A DNA stretch of 50,361 nucleotides. Source: Alloascoidea hylecoeti. Lineage: Eukaryota. This document shows, in pieces, positions 25,745-36,952 of this stretch. The stretch is taken from positions 55,819 through 106,179 of the forward strand of contig BCKZ01000038.1 in assembly GCA_001600815.1 (NCBI GenBank), in the 5' to 3' direction. Position numbers and translations under genes: made by a program. Position 1 is the first letter of the stretch. Each line of letters begins with the position of its first letter. The notes under the pieces are model-generated. The model did not search any database. It was not told the DNA's origin and saw nothing but the letters and a program-made list of their open reading frames with translations.

Positions 25745-27064
25745 TTATTCTAAATCATCTTCATGATTTCTAGAACCATCATTTTCATTCTCATGATCAC
25801 TTGTTCCAATTTCTTGTTCTTGAGTCTCTTCAATAAATTCCATTTCTTGATAATTCATTGGATCAAATTGACTTCTTTGATTATCTCTCATTATTGTTTC
25901 TTCAGTAGTTGGTTCTCTAAGACTTAATTCAATAGCTGCAATATTTTCATCTTCTTGTTGTTGTTGACCAAACTGTTCTTGCTTAATTCTTCTTCTTTTT
26001 AAATCAATTCTACCACCAATTGGTATATAATATGCTTTATTTAATTTATCATCAAATGATATTGATATTTCATCTGTTCCTTCAAATCTTGTAAAATTCA
26101 TATCATAATTTCTTTGATGTAAAAATCTATAAACTTTTCCGTTATCATTTTCATTATTATTATTTTCATTATTATCATTTTTAATGTTTGATAATTTTCT
26201 TTTTAATTGAATTGATGATTTTTTATCACTTTTATAAAAAGACATCCATTCATCACTTTCTAAAGTAACTGGTCTGAATATTGAAACATCAAGACTTGGA
26301 TCTAATTTATCATCATTTAATGATTTTTTAATACCTCCTGCAGATCCAATCATTCTTACATTTAAATAAACTAAATCTAACATTTCTGCATCTGGTAATA
26401 TAGGAATTATAGAAACTGCTTTTAAATTTTTTTTCGTTGGATGTTTTAATTTTGATAATGCTAAAGTATCATTATCATTATTATTATTAAAAATTTCATT
26501 TGCATTTTCAAATGTTGCTTCAACTGCTTTTAATTGTGATTCAGGATCTGTTTTTTCTTCTTTTTTATTATGTTTAATTAATGATGTTCTTTCATTTCTT
26601 TTTTTAATTCCATCTGATGCTATATATTCTGTACGTCTTAAAAATGAAACATTTCCTGCTACTTTATTTGTTCGACCTAACATACTTGGATCTCTTAATA
26701 AAATCCTATCTTTTGGATGTAATTGAATTGATGGTTTTATAGGTAATATTTCTATCCATTATCATCATCATTAGCTATTAAATTTGAAAAAGGTATAAAA
26801 ATGGAAATGTAAAAACTTACTTGATTCATCATCTCTATCCAAAACACCAGGAATGCTTGTTAAATCAAATGGCATTCCTAATTCTCCATTTAATTCCATT
26901 ATATTTGTTGAACCATATTTTAACATTTGTGATAATAATGATGATGAAATATATGATTCTTCATTTGATGGTAGGTTTAAAAGTTTTGGTGGAACTGGTG
27001 GTGCAGGTAAATCATTTTGATATCTAATTCTTGCAATATAATCTTGTCGTACTTGTCTAGACAT
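25745..27064 (-). CDS. PAF1: RNA polymerase II-associated factor Paf1. Exon 1 27064-26821, intron 26820-26752
   Basis: RQDYIARIRYQNDLPAPPVPPKLL, LHPKDRILLRDP, VSFLRRTEYI and KHPTKKNLKAV motifs. The GTAAGT/GCTAAT/TAG intron joins the two ORF-track fragments in frame. Confidence 0.95.
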
Positions 27065-27220
27065 GATTGTTATATGATGGGATGGATGGTGATGAAGTTC
27101 GTGTTTTCCAATTTCCAAAGTGTAGCATATTTAATTTTGGATGTATGGATGTTTCAGATACATATGAAATGAAAATTGAAAAATGGAAGATGAAAAATTG
27201 AAATTAAAAAATGTATTATG

Positions 27221-28895
27221 TTATTTCTTTGATATTAATGGTAATTTAAAATCACCATTTAATTCATTTGCTATATTAAATAACCAATTTTCATTAACAA
27301 TTGGTATATTCCAATTTTTTGCAAAATTTAATTTTCTTGGATTTTTACAATTACTTGAAATAATTAATAAATCACAATTTTTTGTAAAAAAATCAATTAA
27401 GTTATTTGAATCACCTAAAATTTCACATATTAATTTTGTAATATGTAATAATTCAATACCATTAAAGCCAGAAATTGAAATTTTTAAAATTTTAAATTTT
27501 TTAATTGAATGATTTTGGAAAAAATTTGACCATTTATCAATTTTTAATTTTTTATAATATATTGATCTTTCGATACACCATTGTGTTATAATTTTAATTT
27601 TTGATGATTTTTTAAGAATGGTTTGAAAATCTGGGGCTTTTGATGGTGATAAATTTGAATAAATTAAAAAATGTGTTGGGATTGTTATTGTATCACTTTT
27701 TGATAATATAATTCCATCATGAGATATAATTACATTTGTTAATTTTTGAATTTGTTCTGAATCAAAACCAAATAATTCAAAAATACAATCATTAAATATT
27801 CCTTTTTTTTCAATTTCAATTTCATTATCATTATCATCATTATTTTTATTATTAAATGATGATTTAGGTATTGGAGAACTTGAAATTAAATTTGTTATTA
27901 ACTTTTGTTTTTTAATTGGTGATTCAATAGTATCCCATGATGATTCTTCATCATTTTTTCTTTTTTTAATAATATTTAAGTTTAAATGATCCATTATATT
28001 ATTCCATAATGATGTTTTTTTTCTTGGTATAAAAATTTCTGAATCTAAATTTGATTCTGATTTATTAAATTTATCATTATTAATATTATTGATAAGTGTT
28101 TCCATTACATTGTTGTCGTTTTTATCATTCATATCTTTTGAATTGATTTTATCCCAACATGTACATGAATCTTTCCCAATTTCTTCATCACTATCATTTT
28201 CTTCATCGTTTTCATTTTCTTCATCATTATCATTATCATTTTTTATATTTAAAATATCATAATATTTTTCTTCTAAAGCAGCACCTCTTTCGATACTTTT
28301 TAAAATCCATTTTGGATGTAAAATAGGTATATTCCATTTTGTTGCATATAAAAATCTTTTACCTTTTTTTAATGTTGTTATTAAATGAGTTGTTTTTAAT
28401 GATAATGAATCTTCAACAATTCCTCCATTTTTTAAAATAATTTGTTTTAAATTTTCATTTTCATAATTATATTTTGATTTTGATGATAATGTTGGAGTTT
28501 TTGCAATACATATATTCATATCTTGAAAAATTCCTAATAAACCATTTAATATTAAATCATTTTTAAAATTAATATTATCACCATTTATCCATTTTTCATA
28601 AAAATTTATAAAAAAATTTGGTTTTATGAATATTATATCATAACGATTTTTAACAGAATATTCATATTTTGGAGTATGACGATCACCTACTATTAAAAGA
28701 TTTACATCACTCATTAAATCAGTTGACCATTTTGCACCCATAGAACGACATGATTTTGATAATTTGTCCTAATATAATAATCAGTTTTAGCGATTAGTTT
28801 TTATAATAGATATATTGAAGTAAATTACTTACGCGTAGAAGTGGATCTACAGCAGTACAACAGATATGAAGACCAACTAATGGTAATTCTGACAT
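27221..28895 (-). CDS. DPB11: Multi-BRCT replication/checkpoint protein (Dpb11/Cut5/TopBP1 family). Exon 1 28895-28833, intron 28832-28769
   Basis: Exon 1 MSELPLVGLHICCTAVDPLLR splices in phase 0 to DKLSKSCRSMGAKWSTDLMSDV. Four BRCT-like units (e.g. THLI..KGKRFLYATKWNIPILHPKWI..SIERG; AKNWNIPIVNENWL). Confidence 0.9.
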
Positions 28896-28936
28896 TTTCG
28901 TGGAATATAACTTTTAAAATTATGTTTATGTTTTAT

Positions 28937-28942
28937 ACGCGT
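28937..28942. promoter_or_regulatory. MCB (MluI cell-cycle box) ACGCGT upstream of DPB11
   Basis: Exact ACGCGT 42 bp upstream of the ATG of a DNA-replication gene, in an AT-rich background. Confidence 0.55.
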
Positions 28943-29054
28943 AACTATGCTGTAAGGTAGGGTAATCTCTTGATTCTTAATTTTCGCACACTACGAGTAT
29001 GAAACATTTGGCATCTTACACATATTAATATTTGGACCCATGGAATATATACTA

Positions 29055-30470
29055 TTAATTGGTTTGTAACTTTGCAATCTTTTCTAATAAATTTAAATTA
29101 ACTGCTTGTTTATCACCTTTCTTTTTTAATGAACCAGCAGTTAATTCAATTTTATCTTCTAATGAAACAATAGGATTCCCATATGAATCAACAATAACTT
29201 CAGTTCCAACAATTCTTCTCCATTCACCTTTATAAATTGAATCATCAATTCTTACATATGGATTTAAAGATTCTAATCCACTAATTTGTAATTCTGAATT
29301 TGAATTAATCATTTGTTTTGGTTTTAATCGACTTGTTGGATCTTTAAATGTTGATTCTTTAGAATTGCTTGGTAATGTGTTATTATTTATTATAGTATCA
29401 GGTATATCAATTGTAAAATATGTTTCCTAAGACTATGCTATTAGTAAATGACAATCTGTTTATATTATCTATATTTTATCTTCTTTGCTTTCAAATACCT
29501 ACCACTAATTCATCATCATCATCATCATCATCATCATTTGTATTATTTTGATCATATTTATCATCATTTTTAGCAGTTTCTTGTCTCCATTTAATATCTT
29601 CATCAGATCCAGCTTCAAAAGGATTATCGAAATACCAATTCATTTCTTCACCATTTTTTAAAAAACTTGTTTCACCATTAACAATCAATTCCCATTTTTT
29701 ATCATTATTATTAAATTTAAAAGTATCAAGACTACATGTACCACTTTTAATTTTTTCACCATCATTATTTAATTTATCATAAACTCCTGATTTACCTAAT
29801 AATGCCATTCCAAGTGAAATCTTTGAAGCAGCATGTGTTACAAATAATATTGATTTAATATTAGGTTGCTTTTCATTAATTGTCTTTAGAAAAATTGATA
29901 AAAATTTTGAACAACGATTAAATATTTGTGATTCATTTTCTCCTTTTATTGATGGAGTTATTAAAGTAGTATCTTTTAAAACAACAGTTTTAAATAATGA
30001 TTGTAAAAGTTCTAAAGATGCTGGTGATGGAATTTCAGATCTATCTGGTTTATACCATTCTCTAAACATTAAATTAGTTAGTATTCATTATGATAATAAT
30101 AATAGTAATAATATTGATAATTACCCTATTCCATTTTCAAGATTAATATCAAGACCTAAAGCTTCAGAAACAGGAACCGAGGTTTCAATACATCTATAAA
30201 AGGGGCTACTGAATATCAATTCAGGCTTTGGATCCAAAGTTTTGATATAATCTGCAAGTTCTTTTGCTTGTGTGACACCATGTGGTGCTAATGGAGGATC
30301 TGACAAAATACCAGTTGGACTAGGAACATGTGGAGGTGGAAGCCAATTAGCTCGATACCCATGCTAATAAAAAAAAAACACCAAAGGAAATTAATTTACA
30401 TGATAATTGGTTTTATTTATATTTGGAGGTTTAAACATACTCTGGCAATATAAATTGTTGTAAGGACCAT
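29055..30470 (-). CDS. TFC7: TFIIIC tau55 subunit (histidine-phosphatase/PGM domain plus TFIIIC-sub6 domain). Exons 30470-30441, 30363-30125, 30061-29503, 29426-29055
   Basis: Three introns (donors GTATGT, GTAATT, GTAGGT; all TAG acceptors) join a ~399-aa frame. It contains [36 protein letters not shown] and C-terminal [32 protein letters not shown]. Confidence 0.93.
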
Positions 30471-30769
30471 ATTATTATTATTAATAATTACTAAAATGTT
30501 AACCATCAAAAAAGAGCTTAAGTAATATCGGTATGATATTTACACTGGGCGTTCCATGGATTACTGTGTCTTTATTTGTCATTATTGGTCTTTATGACGA
30601 TTAATATTCCTTTCAACTTTTCCATTATTTTATTATTCTCTATTCTACAATAATATTTACAATGCCGATCAAATAACATAAAATATGTCTATTAGTAAAT
30701 TGATGGAAATCAATATCTCATAACTTTGTTATTGGGGATTGTTTTGAATACCTAAAAATTAAGATCTAA

Positions 30770-31433
30770 GGATGACGACCCGTGTAGCTTTATCCTGCGC
30801 TTGAAGCAGTACAATATCGCTATCGTCCGCCATCAATTCATGAGCCGTGTCCAATCCGGAATGTCTTTTATGTATGTTAATTTGTGAAACATTCAAAATT
30901 AGTTTGCTTTTTCTAATTCGGCTATATTGACCGTTGTAGCTGTTGAATCTTTCGTGGTAGGTTTCGTGGTAGGTTTCGTAATCTCTTAAGAAATGTTTTT
31001 ATTGTTGTCTTTAGTAGAATGTTCATCAACCATTGTTTTGTTTGAGTTCTTATTTGTTGTGGATCGTAGATGCCGGAAGAAATGTCGTTGAAATTCAATG
31101 ATTATCAATTGTAGCTGTTGTTGATAGATTGGGCTTTGGTGAATCTATCAATTTCGTCATAGTTGCATCTGAGTGTACCATTGATTCCTTCTCTTTCTTG
31201 AGAATATCAGGCAGTAACAATTTAAGATCTTCACTTAATGTTACTCTAACAGGAGAATTAGTATTTTCCAATTCATCCAATAGCAATAGCATTAGTTTGA
31301 TTTTATCATAAATGTATATGGCGGGTATTAAATTTAGGTTTTGTGAACGTTTGAAGGTGGTAGTAAAAATGACAGTACTAAATGGGATCGAGGGAAGTGA
31401 AACGGATAATCTATCAACAAGTGAGTCAGACAA
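30770..31433 (-). mobile_element. Probable degenerate 5' fragment of a non-LTR retrotransposon (ORF1-like region plus start of an APE endonuclease)
   Basis: One minus frame at ~30905-30800 reads LNVSQINIHKRHSGLDTAHELMADDSDIVLLQA, resembling APE motifs I-II (QxN...DIvllQE, with E replaced by A). Upstream is a broken Thr/Lys-rich frame including the 31095-31433 ORF. Confidence 0.45.
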
Positions 31434-31704
31434 TGATCACACGGGAGGAATAGGGAAGAGAAATTATAACAGGACTGTATATCTAAGTATGGGCGTAGAT
31501 TATATCACATAACTCTAACAAAAAATATATAAGGAAAATTCCCAGAATTTTGAAGGTAAACTGGGATCAATTAAAAATGTGTTTATTATTTACTTTGATG
31601 TTTTAATGAAGCGTTCTGCATAACTATTTTGAGAAGGTGAATAGGGCTCACCCAATATTTCTTATGCTCTTGCTAAGTTATCTTATACATGAATATGATG
31701 ATTA

Positions 31705-32040
31705 TTTTTAATGTTTAAGACTACTTTATATGTTTATAAAGAATTGGATATACGTTGAATTTTAAGAATTAGTCAAAAAATTTATTATTATAAAACAAAT
31801 TGAGTTTTCTATCTTTAATGAACGATATCTTTTAAACGGTCTAAAATGAATTATTCATATAAATCTGATTTTTAATTAAAGTATTTATAGATTAAGCTCA
31901 GACTTCTTGTATCCTTGTTATATCTAATTTTATATTTCTTTTTAGGTTCATTCTGACAAATTATGACACTGCTAAAGATACTAATGAGATAGACTAATAG
32001 TACTGTAGTTGACGTTGAAATTGGGTGTGGCTTCTATTTT
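31705..32040 (-). repeat. ~0.3-kb dispersed non-coding repeat, copy 3 (inverted)
   Basis: The reverse complement contains TCATTAGTATCTTTAGCAGTGTCAT, GATAGAAAACTCAATTT and GACTAATTCTTAAAATTCAAC, as in copy 1. Confidence 0.75.
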
Positions 32041-32102
32041 TATGGAGTGCATCATGATTAGATTAATATTAATGGGGACGTGAAGATTTTAGGGCTATAG
32101 AC

Positions 32103-32193
32103 TGATAAAGTTCAAAGTGCCTGTTCTCCCAGTTGCACCAAAAAGCCAATCGACTCTTTGGTGAACTGTTCTAAGAGTGTAATATATCCAACA
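32103..32193 (-). mobile_element. 91-bp solo-LTR-like unit, copy 1
   Basis: The reverse complement runs TGTTGGATATATTACAC...TGAACTTTATCA. Flanks TAGAC and TAGTC (4/5 TSD match). Confidence 0.8.
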
Positions 32194-32816
32194 TAGTCTA
32201 TAATACACACACATCTTATATTTAAGTGGACTCTTCAATTATTTGAATATATAATATACTAGTAACAAAATAGTAGCATGTTTAGGAGTAGATTTAATGG
32301 TTTACAGAAGGAGTTGAGACCAATTAGGTAGCTGTGTGACGTCAGAATCAACGCGGGGAGCTTTAGAGGAAACAACCCCAGAAAAACATATAGACCGGTA
32401 GAACTTATGGGATATAGGGTCTAAAGTTTTATATGATTCCTATTTGGAGCTATGCATAATTACGCTTTTATTGGAAAATTAAATATATCAAATTATGGTC
32501 TAGTTAAGTAGATTCTTCAATTTATAATAAGTTATCAATGGAACCAAGAATTATTTGAGTCGTGATTATTGAGACTTTCAATAGGATCCATTTTTGATAA
32601 GTTTTTGATTGCAATTATGTTTTTGTCCCAGCTGACATTATTGATATAGTTTTTATATTTCATTTTAAGATTTGTTTATTGTTCACAAAGTTACACCAAA
32701 TATTGAAAGAATTCGTCAAAAATTAAGAGTAAGATAGGAGGAGTAATTAAGCGATCTGAACGTGCACTTGCTATAATTATATAGTATGTTCATTTAATAT
32801 TAATAGTTTGTGGCAA

Positions 32817-32981
32817 TTAGGAACCACCGCCACCAGACACACTACCAGCCGTAGCAGTAAATACTGTTAAGAATGCAGAATTGCTAGCCTTCTTCTCTTT
32901 CTTTCTTTTTTTATCAGCTTCTCGCTCATAGTAATTAGATCTCTGAGATTTCGATTTAAACAAGAACGAAAACAAACCCAT
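32817..32981 (-). CDS. 54-aa basic/Gly-tailed protein, copy 3 of the family (below the ORF-track cutoff)
   Basis: MGLFSFLFKSKSQRSNYYEREADKKRKKEKKASNSAFLTVFTATAGSVSGGGGS*. Same TATAAATAG promoter block, and stop followed by TTGCCA as in copy 2. Confidence 0.65.
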   Translation of the reverse strand: MGLFSFLFKSKSQRSNYYEREADKKRKKEKKASNSAFLTVFTATAGSVSGGGGS

Positions 32982-33742
32982 TCTTGAAAGATTTTTGATT
33001 TAAGATGAAAGAATTAAAAAGAGGATGTTGCCCTCTATTTATAATTGTCATTATAACCTAAATTATAAATAAACTTAAGATTATTATATTATGGTATTAT
33101 TGGTATGATACTGCCCTGCCTGCTTGTAATTAGATATTTTGCAAGTTAGTCGAAACCATGTAATAGATTCACTATACTACTAAAACTAAAAATGCTGTAA
33201 AATCAATGGTTAACTTCTTTAGATTAGTTGATATCTACATGTATGATGAAACAGAATAATTATTAACGTACGTAATCGAAAAACGCAGGTGTCAATAGGT
33301 ATATTTTATAATAGTTATAATATTCGATGTTTCAAATATGAGCTAACCAAATACCACCACACATGATGTGAGTGAACACAGTATCTGAAGATCTCCAATT
33401 CCGTATTGTGGGTTTCATTTTACCTAGTGAGCTATACCTTGAATATGACCATAATGGCGTATGCATAACCATGCACATCAGTAGATTTGTAGATGGATAA
33501 CATTTTGTAATAGGGAGATGATATCGATGGTGGCAAAGCCAAAATAAGTACAATGCCATCATTTTCAGCGGGGTTGTTACATTTGTAAGCAGAGGAGAAC
33601 ACAGTTTACTAAGATTTCATGTTCTAAAAGAACCATTTATCTTAGTGTAATTGTTAGTTTAATTATATATAAATTATAAAGTGGTTAAGGGACATGGAAT
33701 TAAATAGATAATACCTTCATTTCAATCAGTCTTTAAACATAT

Positions 33743-34280
33743 TGTTAAAGTTCACCTTATACAATTAAAAGTTTCTAAAATAAAATTATGTTGACCAATC
33801 AAATTAGTGCAAATTGACACAAAAATATATATATATGTAAATAGTTCGATAGATATTTAAACTCCACGACTTAAATACAAAATTTTAACATCAATATTAT
33901 CAATATATTTATACTAATTAATACACAAACTAAAGGTATCAATAACTGCAAATAAGATAATTAGAATGGAAGATAAACAATCAACAAGTAGATATACGGC
34001 CAATAGTCTTGGTCCACAAGTCGTAGATCTCCCAGAAAGAGTCAAGAAAATGGAAGATTCAAATGCCTTGATGACTAAGAAGATTGATGATATGATCGAA
34101 ACATTCAATAGGCTTATGAATGTAAAGAGCTTAATGAATAAGGAAAATTCGGATGAAGTAGATCTTGAATGTGCAAATGAAGAACAACAGGATTTGAATA
34201 GACCTTTATTTGCTTACATATATACTCATATGAGAGAGATTACAAATTCAATCATAAGACTGCATTAGAATCATCCATAC
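33743..34280 (+). mobile_element. 5' end of a transposable element (TGTTAAAGTTCA terminus followed by an ORF); parent type of the fold-back element
   Basis: Homology to 20052-20387 begins exactly at TGTTAAAG. A possible short LTR could be 33743-33890 (ends TTTTAACA). The right boundary is unknown because a 91-bp unit follows. Confidence 0.65.
33966..34268 (+). CDS. 100-aa element-borne ORF with a probable coiled coil, probably truncated (gag-like or transposase N-terminus?)
   Basis: MEDKQSTSRYTANSLGPQVVDLPERVKKMEDSNALMTKKIDDMIETFNRLM. The first ~38 codons are also present at 20273. No diagnostic domain is visible. Confidence 0.4.
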   Translation: MEDKQSTSRYTANSLGPQVVDLPERVKKMEDSNALMTKKIDDMIETFNRLMNVKSLMNKENSDEVDLECANEEQQDLNRPLFAYIYTHMREITNSIIRLH

Positions 34281-34371
34281 TGTTGGATATATTACACTCT
34301 TGGAACAGTTCACTAAAGAGTCGATTAGCTTTTTGGCGCAACTGGGAGAACAGGCACTTTGAACTTTAACA
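34281..34371 (+). mobile_element. 91-bp solo-LTR-like unit, copy 2
   Basis: TGTTGG...TGAACTTTAACA flanked by a perfect CATAC direct repeat (34276-34280, 34372-34376). Confidence 0.88.
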
Positions 34372-34559
34372 CATACCATTAAAAGTACGCTGTATATTAT
34401 ACTGTAGTCAATGTTTTAAGTTATCGAGACTTATTTTCCAAAACCCAATATTATCATCATTACAACATACAATATAATCATTGTATAAAGCAACACCATT
34501 TATAGCTAAAGGAGAACTACTTTATGGTTTTATCAGATCTAAATAATTCAATACACTCT

Positions 34560-34931
34560 GTTTCATCAGAATTTATTTATGCTCTGTGAATTTATCAAGT
34601 TTTCAATTTGATTCTAAAATAGATCGTTCTTTGAACAATTCATACCATGAGTCAGTTTCTGAATCATCATTATAATATTTCCAATACTTTTGATCGTTAA
34701 ATTTTGATTTCCATATAACATCATTTTGAACTATTTTTTCCATGATTTGGAAACTCTTCTACTAATCAGTAAAGTTTTTGGTAGACGAGCTAAAAAAATA
34801 ATATCCGATATTTCATCAGGGAGTTTAGAAACAAAGTCGATTATCGATTTAACATTTTGACATATTGAAATTGGTAAATGTTGGGTTATGGGCTCATCAG
34901 TGGCGATGTCCTTGAATTGTTTCGGAGGCAT
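34560..34931 (-). pseudogene. F-box (Cdc4/Met30-like F-box/WD40 type) pseudogene, N-terminal part only
   Basis: DFVSKLPDEISDIIF...RRVSKSWKK F-box. Restoring one A in the A6 run at ~34734-34739 continues as IVQNDVIWKSKF...SWYELFKERSILESN*KLDKF, the F-box-to-WD40 linker with Trp mutated to a stop. No WD40 repeats are recognisable downstream. Confidence 0.75.
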
Positions 34932-36361
34932 AGTTGGTAATAAATTTATATTATAAAGAACGTGTGTTTTTCTAAAACTAAATAATGTGGCAACTCGCTA
35001 ATATATAAGGGAAATGAAGATCTTCATAAATATCACCCCATATATATGAAACTATGTAATAACAAAAACTATTCTAATTTAATTATATAACTATATATCC
35101 AATAGTAAAATGGTAGTTTTTCAAATAAAAAATTGAAGGAGAAAAAAGGGGTAATGAGTTTCCCTCACTGTTTCTGGTGAATTTGATGAATTTAATGAAT
35201 TTGATGAATTTAGGTACAGTAATTTAAAAATCGACGGTGTATTTGCTATAATCATTACAGCTCGGCCACATGTTGAATCACATATTAGATCGCTTGTTGA
35301 ATTAATTAATCGCCCAGATTCATCTCTCCTAATTTTGACTACCTTTCTGTAAAACAAAACATGATCAACACGGGTGTTTCAAAAGCTTGAAGATTTCTTA
35401 AACTCTTTAATGAAGATATAGCTTTCTTTTAACTCTTTTAAAGATTTTCAAACGTCGGTATTGATAAGAAGTGTCTATTTTAATAGTCATCTAAGCGGAT
35501 TTCCAATTTTAATTTCAATACCATACAAATAATGAATATCATAGATAGTTAGACTTTTATCATTTGCTGCATCCATCATATACTACATTTCTAATGTTGT
35601 ATGCACAATATTATAATTTTACATACGGCTGGTGGTATGAAGCATTAAAATTTTTGTCTGGATAACAAAAGGCTAAAAAGTATCATCACCTCTTAAATAT
35701 TAATCCATTCAAATACTATATAAATGCATTAGAGTATAGGTAAAAATAAAGCTCCTATCTCGATTTAAGACCTTTACACTGAAATATGGGGATTATTGGT
35801 GGATCACCACCGTAATTATATAGTTAAGGTTCATTAATCGTATTCAGTATTGAAGACATACTTTTGGAAAAGAACTTTGGGTGAATTCTTCTGAAATAGC
35901 TGCAAAGGTGTTAACATAATTGAGGAATAAATTTTACGATAAATGTTTTGGGTGTGCTCATCCTTAAGCTTCCATGAATTTCTCCTCCCACCAACTGAAC
36001 TATGAAAAAAGGAAGCATTTATGTGTCCACCACTACTCTCAGAGAAATATATAGCAATAAGCTTCTTATTTAGTTGCGATATGTTAATGCTATAAACAGA
36101 AACTAGGAATATGTAGGCCAGGAAAGATCACCAAATTTGTAAAATGCTTAAACCTTAAACTTCTCTAGGCCTGAATATTTGTGTGATCCTAAATGGAAAC
36201 ACCTACAGTTCTGTTAAGCTTCCAGAAAGGGAATGAACATGGAGGGTGAAGTATTTTCTCATTTCTAACTACTTATCTCCCATCTTACTTATATCCAATC
36301 TCTTTACAATCGATCATAATCAACACTTCCATTATCCTCATCTCCACATACCGGTATAAAA

Positions 36362-36952
36362 ATGAATTCATCAAACTTCTTAGAACTAACTAAAGAAGAG
36401 AATGATACGCTTCATGGATTCAGAATGAATGATGATAATCATTCTGAAGTTACACCACTTGAGTTGAACACAAATGAGCTTTCTATTTTATTGAATTATC
36501 TTGGAACTGAGTTTGACATGATAGACCGGAATGAATTTTCATTTAATGATATTGATTATGAAGTTCCTCGATTTGAATGTGACCAAGAGGGAAAAGAATC
36601 TTTGATAACAGTTAATAATCAGAGTCAGAATCAGAATAATATCCAGTATCAGAATAGTATTCAGAAGCATAATTATAATCTTCATCATATCCACATGCCT
36701 AGGTATAATTATAAGAAAATTACTCCAGTCAGGTTGAACCCAAAGGGAGCAGAAGAAAACTATGTCGCGATTACAGTAAAAGGGAAATACCTGTGCAAAA
36801 GGTGTCCCAAGGCATTCAAAGGGACTGCAGCATTGATAAATCATTTTAAGTGTGTCCATAGTGGAAAATTGAACTGCAGCTGTCATAAATGTGGCAAAAG
36901 GTTTGGTTCTTCTAATAAATTAACCTCACATAAGAATGTGTGTTTTCAATGA
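36362..36952 (+). CDS. C2H2 zinc-finger protein (two C-terminal fingers), short paralogue
   Basis: YLCKRCPKAFKGTAALINHFKCVH and CHKCGKRFGSSNKLTSHKNVC (second finger C2HC). Acidic N-terminus. Confidence 0.85.
   Translation: MNSSNFLELTKEENDTLHGFRMNDDNHSEVTPLELNTNELSILLNYLGTEFDMIDRNEFSFNDIDYEVPRFECDQEGKESLITVNNQSQNQNNIQYQNSIQKHNYNLHHIHMPRYNYKKITPVRLNPKGAEENYVAITVKGKYLCKRCPKAFKGTAALINHFKCVHSGKLNCSCHKCGKRFGSSNKLTSHKNVCFQ

Noticed and set aside
33743..34371. Calling this span a single simple MITE with 12-bp TIRs
   Set aside because: The right 91 bp has its own perfect TSD and occurs independently elsewhere, so a single-element reading is not established. It is kept only as an alternative in the findings.
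36788..36796. Alternative CUG genetic code
   Set aside because: CTG in the zinc-finger YLC motif aligns with TTG in the paralogue, and CTG occupies the Leu of RYLKY in both PSP1 copies. This favours standard Leu, on limited evidence.
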